DNA from: an uncultured delta proteobacterium
GTDB taxonomy: Bacteria > Desulfobacterota > Binatia > HRBIN30 > BPIQ01
Length of the DNA: 64,000 nucleotides
Direction: 5' to 3'
Assembly (NCBI GenBank): GCA_963761335.1
Contig: CAVXGR010000017.1
Coordinates: 128,001 to 192,000, forward strand
Below the pieces are notes generated by a model. The model searched no databases, was not told the DNA's origin, and saw nothing but the letters and a program-made list of their open reading frames with translations. Position 1 is the first letter of the stretch, and the number at the start of each line of letters is the position of its first letter. Positions 12,286-21,900 of this stretch are shown piece by piece. The translations under genes and the position numbers were made by a program.

Positions 12286-12729
12286 CTACGACCGCGGGCG
12301 GGCATTCGCCGATGCCTCTTTCTTCTCCGAATCCTTCGCCTGATACTTGGAGGGGCAGCTGGTCATGATGGTGTGGGCATGAAACACCCCGTCGTTCCCG
12401 TACTTGCCTTCGACGATGACGTCGCGGCCCTCGGCGAACATGTCGGGGAGAATGCCGTTGTAGTGCACGGGCACACCGGCGTTGGCCGGCGCCTCGAAGT
12501 CGGCAAGGGCGAACTTCAGGTCGAGGTCGCGCGGCTCCCAGTGCACAGTGCCGTCGCGCACCCGTCCGGCGATGCGGACCCCCTCGTTGGCCAAGCTGTC
12601 CTTCTTCGCCGAGAACTCGGCGATGGTCATGTAGTAGACGGAGGTCTCGCTGGCGGCCGAATAGATGAGAAATCCGACGGCCGCGGCCAGCACGAGACCA
12701 CCGACGAGGAATCGGTACCGACGCTTCAT
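12286..12729 (-). CDS. ccmE: Heme chaperone CcmE, CxxxY variant
   Basis: N-terminal TM, YYMT, PDMFAEGRDVIVEG, CPSKY. Confidence 0.9.
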   Translation of the reverse strand: MKRRYRFLVGGLVLAAAVGFLIYSAASETSVYYMTIAEFSAKKDSLANEGVRIAGRVRDGTVHWEPRDLDLKFALADFEAPANAGVPVHYNGILPDMFAEGRDVIVEGKYGNDGVFHAHTIMTSCPSKYQAKDSEKKEASANARPRS

Positions 12730-12916
12730 TTCACCCGCAACCAACTGCCAAACCCTAACGGATGAGTATCACTCTTTCAAGGTGCCGTCGCCGTTGCCGG
12801 GAATGATTCTCACGCAACTCTCATTTGCTCTTCCCGGAGCGCCCATTTTTCGCTAAGAGCGGCACTCTGCCGCGGCATGGCCGCATGTGCACCTCCCGCG
12901 AGCGTGGCGACGGACG

Positions 12917-14437
12917 ATGGGATCGAATAGGGGCTTCCGCTTCGCCCTGATGGCAGTGGTGTTGGCGAGCGCCTATCTGCGCCTCGGGGCGATCGACTGG
13001 GGGGAGCCGTTCGTCTACGACTCCCGCGAGCACCTGATTCTCGATCGGGCCCTGGACATTGCCCGCAGCGGCGATCTCGATCCGCACTGGTTCGAGCGCC
13101 CGTCGCTTCTCATCTACGTCGAGGCGGCTCTGGTCTCGGCCCTCCATCCGCTGTTCCAGGCGCCCCTGGAATCCAACTACCTGGTCAACGCCATCGGCCC
13201 CACGGAGGTTCTCCGCACCCAATGGCCCTATGTCGCCGCCGGTCGCATCGCCGTGGCGCTCTTCGGCATCGCCGGCGTGCTGCTGCTCGGGCTCGCCGGT
13301 GCCCGCCTGCTCAGTCCCCCGGCGGGCGTCGCCGCCGCCGCCTTTCTCGCCGTCTCGCCGCTGCACGACCGCGCCTCGCACTTTCTCGCCGTTCCCGTGC
13401 CGGCGGCGACGCTCATCGCCGCGGCCCTGTGCCTGGCGGCGGGCGGCTCGCTCTGGTTTGTCGCCGGTGCGCTCGCCGGCCTGGCCGCCGGCACCGCGTA
13501 TGGCGCCGTCGCCGGGGTGGGCGCGGTGGCGCTGCTGGCGGTCGACCGGCGCTCCGGCGAGAACGGGGCGCGCCTCGCCTGGGTCTTCTCCGGTGCCCTG
13601 CTCGGCTTCGCCGCGAGCACGCCGTATGCGTTCCTCGACGCACCCCCTTTCGTGGAGGCGGTCGCCGGCTTCGCTCCCGGCAACTGGAGCGCGGCGGCGA
13701 TTGGCGCCGGCTGGCGCTCCTTCGCGTTCACCCTCTACCAGTCCGGCACGGGGCCGGTCATCGCCGCGCTGGCGCTGTTCGGCGCGGCGCGCGCCGCGGG
13801 CGCCGTGCTCGCCGCCGCTTTCGGTCGAGGCGCCGGTCGCACCAGCGCGGCGCTGCTGCTGCCCACCATCGCCTACCTGACGTGGGTGGCGGCGCATCCG
13901 GCCACCGCCGAGGACGGCTTGGTGCTCGTCCTTCCGTTTCTCTGCCTGCTGGCCGCCGCCATGGTGCAGTCGCTGGCCGTCGTCCTGCGCCCTGCCTGGC
14001 TGGCGCGCGGAGTCTTCGCGGTGATCGCCGCGGTGGCCGTGGTCACCTCACTCGGGTTGGCCCTGGAGCAGGCCCAGCACTTCCAGGAGCTCGATACCCG
14101 TACGCAGTCGCTGCGCTGGATCGAGGCGAACCTGCCGCGCGGCTCGAAGATCGCCCGCGAGGAGTTCACGCCGCAGGTGCAGGCGGGGCGCTACGACGTC
14201 CGCTTCGTGCCCTCACTGGCGCTGCGCCCGTACGACTGGTACAGCGCCGAAGGCGTCCAGTATCTGGTGGCCAGCTCCTTCACCTACGGCAAGGCGACGG
14301 GTGCGGCGCGCCGCTTCTACGACGAGCTCACCAACCTGCCGCTGGTGGCCGAGTTCGGGCCCGAAGAAGGCGTTCGCGGCCCGCTGATCCGCATCTTCCG
14401 TTTGCCGACCGGTCCGGGGAACGGCTCCGTCGGCTGA
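12917..14437 (+). CDS. Multi-TM GT-C fold glycosyltransferase (ArnT/PMT-like)
   Basis: LRL..IDWG, GDLDPHWFERPS, many hydrophobic helices, C-terminal DTR..WIEANLP periplasmic domain; start uncertain. Confidence 0.65.
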   Translation: MGSNRGFRFALMAVVLASAYLRLGAIDWGEPFVYDSREHLILDRALDIARSGDLDPHWFERPSLLIYVEAALVSALHPLFQAPLESNYLVNAIGPTEVLRTQWPYVAAGRIAVALFGIAGVLLLGLAGARLLSPPAGVAAAAFLAVSPLHDRASHFLAVPVPAATLIAAALCLAAGGSLWFVAGALAGLAAGTAYGAVAGVGAVALLAVDRRSGENGARLAWVFSGALLGFAASTPYAFLDAPPFVEAVAGFAPGNWSAAAIGAGWRSFAFTLYQSGTGPVIAALALFGAARAAGAVLAAAFGRGAGRTSAALLLPTIAYLTWVAAHPATAEDGLVLVLPFLCLLAAAMVQSLAVVLRPAWLARGVFAVIAAVAVVTSLGLALEQAQHFQELDTRTQSLRWIEANLPRGSKIAREEFTPQVQAGRYDVRFVPSLALRPYDWYSAEGVQYLVASSFTYGKATGAARRFYDELTNLPLVAEFGPEEGVRGPLIRIFRLPTGPGNGSVG

Positions 14438-14445
14438 ACGGCGGT

Positions 14446-14523
14446 GGGGACAGGCTACTTTTGCCGCTCAAGGTCCAGCGACATGGCGGCTTCGGAGATC
14501 GGAGGCAAAAGTTGCCTGTCCCC
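14446..14523. repeat. 20-bp inverted repeat between convergent genes
   Basis: GGGGACAGGCTACTTTTGCC (14446-14465) vs GGCAAAAGTTGCCTGTCCCC (14504-14523), 19/20 complementary, 38-bp spacer. Confidence 0.85.
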
Positions 14524-14524
14524 T

Positions 14525-15562
14525 TCACCGCTCGACCGGGAGGTGGTGCTCGTGCCAGTCGAGCATGCCGCCCTTCAGGTTCCATACGTGGTCGAATCCC
14601 AGGCCGGTGAGGAGGGCGCCGCCGGTGGCGCTGCGCACGCCGGCGCGGCAGACGACGACCACGTCGCGGTGCTGGTGCTCCTCCAGCTCACCGCTGCGCG
14701 ACGACAGCTCGCGCAGCGGCATGAGGGTGCTGCCGGAGATGTGTCCGAGCTCGCCGCCGTACTCGTCGGCCTCGCGCACGTCGAGCACCAGCGGAGGGTC
14801 GTGGGAGCCCAGCCGTGCCTGCAGCTCGGATGCGGTGAGCTGGCGGATGCTGTTGAGCTCGGCGAGCTTCGGGAAGGAGACGCCCTCGTCCTCGATGGCC
14901 GACTGGTTTGCCTGCAGCGCTTCCTGGATCTTGTCGGGTAGCGGCAGCCCGAGGTTGTTCATCAGGTCGACGTACTGCGTGCGGCTGCGGCCGGCGAGCC
15001 GGGGGTTGGTGCGCTTTTCCTCGCCGACCGTCGAGCAGGTGTGGCCGCGATAATCGTGCGCGGGGAACACCAGCGTCTCGTCGGGGAGGGTGAAGATCTT
15101 CTGCTGGATCGAGTCGTACTGCGCGGCCGGGTCGCCGCCGGCGAAGTCGGCGCGCCCGGTGCCGTGGATCAGCAGGGTGTCGCCGGTGAAGATGCGGTCG
15201 CCGGCGTAGACGCTGATGCCGTCCGGGGTGTGCCCGGGAGTGTAGAGGATGCGCAGGCTGAGGTCGCCGAGCGGCAGGATCTGGCCGTCCTCGACGTGAA
15301 TGTCGACGTGCGGAGCCGGAGCGCGCCGGTGCATCAGCACCGGTGCGCCGACGATGTCGTGGAGCTCCCAGGTGCCGGTGCGGTGGTCGGCGTGCGTGTG
15401 CGTGTCGATGATCAGCTCGAGCGTGCAGCGGAAGTAGGCCAGGGCGGCGATATAGCGGTCCACCTTCTCCCGCAGCGGATCGATGAGCGCCGCCTGGCGG
15501 GTGCGCTCGCTGGCGATCAGGTAGGTCTTGCACTTACCACGGTTCAGCTCGTGGAAGATCAT
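14525..15562 (-). CDS. Persulfide dioxygenase (ETHE1-like MBL fold) fused to rhodanese
   Basis: THTHADH, TPGHT, FTGDTL, GRADF, PAHDY, EKRTNPRL; rhodanese LDVRE..E and CRAGVRS. Confidence 0.88.
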   Translation of the reverse strand: MIFHELNRGKCKTYLIASERTRQAALIDPLREKVDRYIAALAYFRCTLELIIDTHTHADHRTGTWELHDIVGAPVLMHRRAPAPHVDIHVEDGQILPLGDLSLRILYTPGHTPDGISVYAGDRIFTGDTLLIHGTGRADFAGGDPAAQYDSIQQKIFTLPDETLVFPAHDYRGHTCSTVGEEKRTNPRLAGRSRTQYVDLMNNLGLPLPDKIQEALQANQSAIEDEGVSFPKLAELNSIRQLTASELQARLGSHDPPLVLDVREADEYGGELGHISGSTLMPLRELSSRSGELEEHQHRDVVVVCRAGVRSATGGALLTGLGFDHVWNLKGGMLDWHEHHLPVER

Positions 15563-16176
15563 TTCTTTCCTCGGCTCGGCGCCTTTCTCTTCCGTGCGGG
15601 CGCCGGGGCATGACGGCGGATGGATTCCATGCAGACCTCACCGCCGCAGTAGAGGTCGAACACCATCGCCGCCTCCACGGCCTTGCGGGCCACGGCGCGG
15701 GCGTCACCCGTGGGCTCGTAGAGGGCGTGCAGGCAGCCGAGCCCATAGCTGGCTCCTGAGCCGATGGCGTAGTAGCGCTCGAACTCGGTGACGCTCAGAT
15801 CGGCCTCCACCGAGAAGAGGCCGGCGCGGTTGGCGACCAGGAAGGTGGAGTCCAGGTTCCCGAAAGGGGAGTCGCTCTCCTCGCACTGGTCGTTCACGTA
15901 GGCGTAGCGCTCGTGCAGGTCCTTCCACAGCCGGTTGAAGAGCGCGAAGATGGACGGTGAGTCGTCCAGGCGGGCGCCGCGGTTGCGCCGCAAAAAGTCG
16001 TCGAGGATGTTCTCGTAGACTCCCCACCCGGTGGCCGCCAGCAGGGCGGATCCGATTCGACGGATCTTGGTTGCCTGGTGATTGTCCGGCAGAACCCGAC
16101 GCGAGCCAAAGGACGTCTGACTGTCGGTGGCGAGAACGATCTGGTCACGTGTCTTGACGGCTACGGCGATCGACAT
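15559..16176 (-). CDS. Proteasome-beta/HslV-like Ntn hydrolase (BPH-like) with N-terminal Ser
   Basis: S1-IAVAVK, LATDSQTSFG, ATKIRRIG, YYAIGSGASYGLG, FDLYCGG. Confidence 0.8.
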   Translation of the reverse strand: MSIAVAVKTRDQIVLATDSQTSFGSRRVLPDNHQATKIRRIGSALLAATGWGVYENILDDFLRRNRGARLDDSPSIFALFNRLWKDLHERYAYVNDQCEESDSPFGNLDSTFLVANRAGLFSVEADLSVTEFERYYAIGSGASYGLGCLHALYEPTGDARAVARKAVEAAMVFDLYCGGEVCMESIRRHAPAPARKRKAPSRGKK

Positions 16177-16203
16177 CGATCTGCTCGACGGGAGCGGTCC
16201 GCC

Positions 16204-16452
16204 TCATTCGGCGGGAAAGATCTCCGCCTGCTTCTTGCCGCCGAGGGTGCCCTGCAGCTGCCGTAGTGCCTCCTCGGGTGAAGCGGCGAGCGCCATGAGG
16301 CTGTGGTCGGCCAGGGTCATGCGGACCTGGCAGGGCACGGCGGTGAAGAAGCCGTTCGGCAGGCTCGACACCATGACGAAGAACGCCGCGCCGTCCTCGT
16401 CGCGGAGTTGGAACCATTCGACCTTCTGTACGACGTAGGGAGTATCGCTCAT
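16204..16452 (-). CDS. Small hypothetical protein (82 aa)
   Basis: Genome-typical codon usage, non-shadow composition, co-oriented with neighbours. Confidence 0.7.
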   Translation of the reverse strand: MSDTPYVVQKVEWFQLRDEDGAAFFVMVSSLPNGFFTAVPCQVRMTLADHSLMALAASPEEALRQLQGTLGGKKQAEIFPAE

Positions 16453-16495
16453 GAGCGCCGTTCTAGCGCGCCGCGGGGAGGCGGGCAAATTCCTC

Positions 16496-17851
16496 TCACT
16501 CGCCGCCGGCCGCCGCGCGGCGCTCGAGGATGGCGCGCAGCTCTCGTTGGCGGGCGGCGTCGAGGGGGAAGTTCCACATGAGCGTCGCCACCACCAGGCC
16601 GATGAGAGCGGTGGGCAGCACGTAGAGCAGCGTCAGTCCGGTGAGCGCCTGCGGTGTGTTCTCGGCGCCCGGGACGTAGCCGATGGTGGCGAGCAGCATG
16701 TAGATGCTGCCGATGGCCACCGCCTGGCCGATCTTGTTGGTCATCGTCAGCAGCGAGAAGTACAGGCCGGTGCGCTGCGCGCCGGACTCGACGTGATCCT
16801 CGTCGGCGACGTCGGCCATGATTGAGCGGAAGAGCAGCGGGCCGGCGCCCATGTTGATGCCGAAGAGCGCGAAGACCGGGAAGGCGGCCAGAGGGTCACC
16901 CTTGGGGAGCAGGAAGATCAGGGGCAGGGTGAGGCCGCTGAACAGAGAGGAAACGGCCAGTGTCCGGTGTTTCCCCCAGCGGTAGCTCAGGCGAATCATC
17001 AGGGGGATGAAGGCGCATCCCGAGGTGAAGTAGAAGAGCAGCAGCACGCTGGCCCAGTTGCCGAGCTGCAGGACGCTGGTCGCGACGAATAGAAAGAGCG
17101 AGGCGACGATGCCGCCGGCGTAGCCGGCGATCAGATCCATGGCGAGCACCAGCCGCAGCGGCCGATTGCGCAGCACGATGCGCCACGCGGCGCGCCAGCC
17201 GAGAACGTGCGACTGCGGCGCCTGCGGCTCCGGCACCTGCCACACGGCCAGGCCGACGGTGATCGGCAGCAGCAGGATGATGAACCAACCCATGGCGGCG
17301 GCGCGTTGCGCCGACGCCGAGGCGCCGCCGGTTCGCTCGATCATCGCCGGCAGCGCCAGCACGGCGATCATCCCGGCGACCAAGGCCATCTCGCGCCATC
17401 CCTGCACCCGCGAGCGCTCGTGGTAGTCGGCCGACAGCTCGGCACCCCAGGACATGTGCGAGATGGTGATCAGCGTCCAGCCCACGTAGAGCATCACCAT
17501 CCACCAGAGAAGATAGAGTCCCGAGACCGGCGGCGTCGGCATGAAGATCTTGTAGGAGCAGTACATCAGGATGGGCGCCGAGAGCACGATCCAGTGCCGC
17601 CTTCGTCCCCAGCGGCTGCTGAAACGGTCGGAGAGAATGCCGAGGACGGGGTCGGTGAACACGTCCCAGAAGCGGGTGATCATGAAGACCGTGCCGACCA
17701 GCATCAGCCCCAGACCCATGTCGGAGGCGTAGAAGGGCGGCAGGTAGACGGCGATCGGCAGACCGAGCGCCGATATGGGTATCGCCGGCGCCGCAAATGC
17801 CGCCAGTGTCGTCGTCTTCAGATGGGAAGCTCGCGCGCGGGTCTCAGTCAC
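16496..17851 (-). CDS. MFS transporter, glycoside-pentoside-hexuronide family
   Basis: WDVFTDP, SDR..SRWGRRR, WGAELSADYHERS, MADVAD; about 12 TM segments. Confidence 0.9.
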   Translation of the reverse strand: MTETRARASHLKTTTLAAFAAPAIPISALGLPIAVYLPPFYASDMGLGLMLVGTVFMITRFWDVFTDPVLGILSDRFSSRWGRRRHWIVLSAPILMYCSYKIFMPTPPVSGLYLLWWMVMLYVGWTLITISHMSWGAELSADYHERSRVQGWREMALVAGMIAVLALPAMIERTGGASASAQRAAAMGWFIILLLPITVGLAVWQVPEPQAPQSHVLGWRAAWRIVLRNRPLRLVLAMDLIAGYAGGIVASLFLFVATSVLQLGNWASVLLLFYFTSGCAFIPLMIRLSYRWGKHRTLAVSSLFSGLTLPLIFLLPKGDPLAAFPVFALFGINMGAGPLLFRSIMADVADEDHVESGAQRTGLYFSLLTMTNKIGQAVAIGSIYMLLATIGYVPGAENTPQALTGLTLLYVLPTALIGLVVATLMWNFPLDAARQRELRAILERRAAAGGE

Positions 17852-17931
17852 AGCGGACCATTAAGCCATCGTTCGCAAGCGCAGCGAAAGAGGGGGCCCG
17901 GGATCTCGGTGGCTCGGTGGCTCGGTTGTCC

Positions 17932-18399
17932 CTACGTGTTGCCGCCCGACTGCCGGACGAAGGCCTCGATGTCGGCGGCCGGCCGGGCTCCGGAGGTGCG
18001 CTTGCGCTCGCGGCCTCCGGCGAAGATCGCCATCGTCGGGATCGAGCGGATACCGAAGCGCTCGCCGAGCGCCGCAAGGTCCTCTGTGTTCACCTTGGCC
18101 ACCAGCAGGCGCCCGCGCCAGGCGGCGGCGACCTTCTCCAGCTCCGGGGCGACGGCGCGACAGGGGGCGCACCACGGCGCCCAGTAGTCGACCAGCACCG
18201 GCAGCGGCGAGCCCTGCACCAAGGCGTCGAAGTGAGACGCGTCGCGCACCTCGACCGGCGCCGCCGGCGCGCCGATCTCGGCGCGGCAGGCGCCGCAGTG
18301 CCCGCTCTGACCGAGCCTCTCGTAGGCGATGCGATTCTTCTGTCCGCAGGTGGGGCAGGGGGCGATCACGCCGTTCCGATCGGTGTAGGCGATGGCCAT
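17932..18399 (-). CDS. trxC: Thioredoxin 2 with N-terminal zinc finger
   Basis: CPTC..NR..CGAC plus WAPWCAPC, IRSIPT. Confidence 0.92.
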   Translation of the reverse strand: MAIAYTDRNGVIAPCPTCGQKNRIAYERLGQSGHCGACRAEIGAPAAPVEVRDASHFDALVQGSPLPVLVDYWAPWCAPCRAVAPELEKVAAAWRGRLLVAKVNTEDLAALGERFGIRSIPTMAIFAGGRERKRTSGARPAADIEAFVRQSGGNT

Positions 18400-18459
18400 G
18401 CGCAGGAGATAAGGCGGATCGGCGCAGATGCAAGCGGGTGTCAGGCGCGGGTCGTGTCT

Positions 18460-18666
18460 AAGTGACGCTTGCGATTACTTCCGCGCCCGCTGCGCCGAGT
18501 TCCCTCTCCCCGCATTTCCGCGGGGAGAGGAATGAGGAGAGGGGTCCCTTTCTCACTGAAGGCTCGCGGATGTTCGCGGCCTTCAAGGAGATCGGTACCC
18601 TCGCCCGCGCCCGCAGCGACCAGACTGACCACAATCCTGCGTGTCAATATTCGCCATCGGGGAACT
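18460..18666 (+). repeat. Composite REP-like dispersed repeat, copy A
   Basis: Aligns to reverse complement of 34584-34831; contains hairpin CCTCTCCCCGC-ATTTCC-GCGGGGAGAGG. Confidence 0.9.
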
Positions 18667-18677
18667 CAGGACACTAC

Positions 18678-18950
18678 TCAGGCGCGGGCGATGGTCCAGA
18701 TGCCGATGGCGATGAAGGCGGCACCGGCGACCCACGACAGCAGCCGCGCGCTGATCTGCTGAGAGAGCAGGTTGCCGGCGATCACGCCGATCGCCGAGGT
18801 GAGCACCAGCGCCGTTGCCGAGCCGAGAAACACGGTCAGCATCGGGTTCTTCGCCCGCGAGGCGAAGAGCATGGTGGCGAGCTGTGTCTTGTCGCCGAGC
18901 TCGGCGACGAAGACGGTGGCAAACACGGTGGCGAGCAGTCGGATGTCCAT
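18678..18950 (-). CDS. TMEM165/GDT1 (UPF0016) half-size membrane protein, in frame with uvrA
   Basis: AELGDKTQL motif, three TM helices; own AGGAG 7 nt before ATG 18950. Confidence 0.88.
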   Translation of the reverse strand: MDIRLLATVFATVFVAELGDKTQLATMLFASRAKNPMLTVFLGSATALVLTSAIGVIAGNLLSQQISARLLSWVAGAAFIAIGIWTIARA

Positions 18951-21900
18951 CGCCTGTCTCCTGATCAGCGGTGCTTCCGCGCGCTGCTTGCCGGCCGTTC
19001 CGAGGAAGGCGCGCAGGAAGCGGGCGGTGTGCGAGCGGGCGCCGTCGGCGACGATCTGCGTCGGCGGCCCCATGGCGACCACCTCGCCGCCGCTCTCGCC
19101 GCCTTCGGGGCCGAGATCGACGATCCAGTCCGCCTCCTTGATGATGTCGAGGTTGTGCTCGATGGTCACCACCGTGTTTCCCAGGTCGACGAGGCGATGC
19201 AGCACGTCGATGAGCCGATCGATGTCGGCGAAGTGCAGTCCGGTGGTCGGCTCGTCGAGCAGGTAGATGGTGCGGCCGTGCGACTCCTTGCCGAGCTCAT
19301 AGGCGAGCTTGATGCGCTGCGCCTCGCCGCCGGAGAGGGTGTTGCTGCCCTGGCCGAGGGTCAGATAGCCGAGGCCGATGTCGTCGAGAAGCTGGAGCGG
19401 GCGGGCGATGTGCGGCACCGGCGCGAAGAAGGAGGCGGCTTCCTCGACGGTCATTGCCAGCACGTCGGCGATCGTCTTGCCGGCGTAGGTCACCGCCAGT
19501 GTCTCCTCGGTGAAGCGCTTGCCGGCGCAGACGTCGCAGTCGACGAAGACGTCGGGAAGGAACGACATCTCCATCTTGACGCGCCCCTGGCCGGCGCAGG
19601 TCTCGCAGCGGCCGCCCTTGACGTTGAAGGAGAAGCGGCCGGCCGAGTAACCGCGGGCGCGGGCGTCGGGCAGCATCGCGAAGAGCTTGCGGATCTCGTC
19701 GAAGAAGCCGACGTAGGATGCGGGAATCGAGCGCGGCGTGCGGCCGATCGGCGTCTGGTCGACCTCGATGATGCGCTCGATGCCGTCGAAGTCGCGGATG
19801 TCGGTGTGCTTGCCGACCGGCCCGCTGGCGAGGCTCAGCCGCCGCCGCAGCCCGTGGTAGAGGACGTCGCGCACCAGCGTCGACTTTCCAGAGCCCGAGA
19901 CCCCGGTGACGCATGTCCAGGCACCGAGCGGTACCTCGACGTCGATGTTCTTCAGGTTGTGCTGGCGCGCGCCGATGACGCGCAGGCGGCCGCAGCCGTC
20001 GAGGTCGCGCACCGGGCCACGGCGCGGACGCGAGACGCCGAGGAAGCGGCCGGTGACCGAGCCCGCGTGGGCGCGCAGCTCGGACGGCGTTCCCATGGCC
20101 ACCAGACGGCCGCCGTGGGTGCCGCCGCCCGGCCCGAGGTCGATGACCAGGTCAGCGGCGTTGATGGTCGCCTCGTCGTGCTCGACGACGACGACGCTGT
20201 TGCCGGCGTCGCGGAGCTGCGACAGCGTCCCCAGGAGCATGGCATTGTCGCGCGGGTGCAGGCCGATGGTCGGCTCGTCGAGGATGTAACAGACGCCGCG
20301 GAGATTGGAGCCCAGCTGGGCGGCCAGCCGGATGCGCTGCGCCTCGCCGCCGGAGAGGGTGTCGGCGCGCCGGTCGAGGGTGAGATAGCCGAGGCCGACC
20401 TCCTCGAGGAAGCGGAGCCGCGGGCGGATCTCCTTGAAGATGTTGGCGGAGATCGCCGCCTCGCGGCCGCTGAACTCGAGCCGTTCGAAGTCGGCGCGCG
20501 CCCGGGTCACCGTGGATGCCGTCCGCTGCCAGATCGCCTCTCCCCGGACGCGCACGGCGCGGGCGCGCGGGTTCAGGCGGGCGCCGTCGCAGGCGTCGCA
20601 CGGCTTCTCGCTCATGAAGGACGCGACCGCGGCGGGATCGACGTCCTCCTCGTCGAGCTGGGCGCTGAGGAAGCCGATCAGGCCGTCGCCGCCGGCGCTG
20701 CCGAAGAGCTTCTGCTGCTGGCGCGCCGCCAGGGAAGAGAAGGGTTGGTCGAGCGACAGGCGCGCGCGCCGGGCGATGGCGCCGAGCTCGCGCCGGGCGC
20801 GGGTGCCGAAGGCCTCCAGCGCCGGCCGCAGCGCCGTGCGCAGCGGCAGCGCCGGGTCGGCGACCAGCAGCCCGGGATCGATCACGGCGGTGAAGCCGCT
20901 GCCCGTGCATTCGGGGCAGGCCCCCTGGCGGCTGTTGAAGGAAAAGAGGCGCGGATCGAGCGCCTCGTAGCCCTTGTTGCAGGCGGTGCAGTAGAGCCGC
21001 TCGCTGAAGATGCGCTCCTCCGCCTCGCCGGCGACGATGACGGCGCCGCTGCCGAGGCGCAGCGCCGTCTCCAGCTGGCTGGCGAGCGGCGAGCGAGCGC
21101 TGCGCGCGATCTCGACTTCGCCGATGACCAGATCGATGTCGTGCTCCCGATAGCGGGCCAGCGCCGGCAGCGGCTGCAGCGGCGTGATGGCGCCGTCGAC
21201 GCGGGCGCGGTGAAAGCCGAGCTTGCGCGCCGAGCGAAAGAGCTCGGTGTACTGGCCCTTGCGGCCGCGCACTGCCGGTGCCAGCAGGGTCACCGTCTGG
21301 CGGCGGAACTCGCGGCGCACACGGTCGAGGATCTGCTGCGGCGTCAGCGACTGGATCGGCGAGCCGCACTCGACGCAGTGCTGCACGCCGATCTTGGCGT
21401 AGAGCAGGCGCAGGTAGTGGTAGATCTCGGTCACCGTTGCCACGGTCGACATCTTGCCGCCGCGGCTCAGCCGCTGCTCGATGGCCACTGTCGGCGGCAG
21501 GCCCGAGAGCAGGTCGACGTTCGGCCGGGGCAGGATCTTGACGAACTGCCGGGCGTAGGCCGAGAGGCTGTCGAGGTAGCGCCGCTGCCCCTCGGCATAG
21601 AGGATATCGAAGGCAAGCGTCGATTTGCCGGAGCCGCTGAGGCCGGTGACCACCACCAGCTGGTCGCGGGGAATCTCGAGGGAGAGGTCGCGGAGATTGT
21701 GCTCCTTGGCGCCGCGCACCAGCATGCCGCCATTGCCGCCGCGGACCGCCGGCGAGAAGGGGGCGGCTGCCTCGGCGACCAGCGGCATCTCCGCGCCGCG
21801 CAGCGCCTGGCGCAGGAAGCGGGCGGTGTGCGAGCCCTCGGCCGCGGCGACGCTCTCGGGGGTGCCCTCGGCGACCACGCGGCCGCCGCCGTCGCCGCCC

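Noticed and set aside
12797..12811. Fur-box-like TGAGAATCATTCCCG on the minus strand upstream of ccmE
   Set aside because: One half-site is degenerate and there is no second example in the window
12858..12874. AGCGG-CACTCT-GCCGCG, possible fifth RegA box upstream of ccmE
   Set aside because: Spacer lacks the AT-rich core, and such matches arise by chance at this GC content; needs a PWM test
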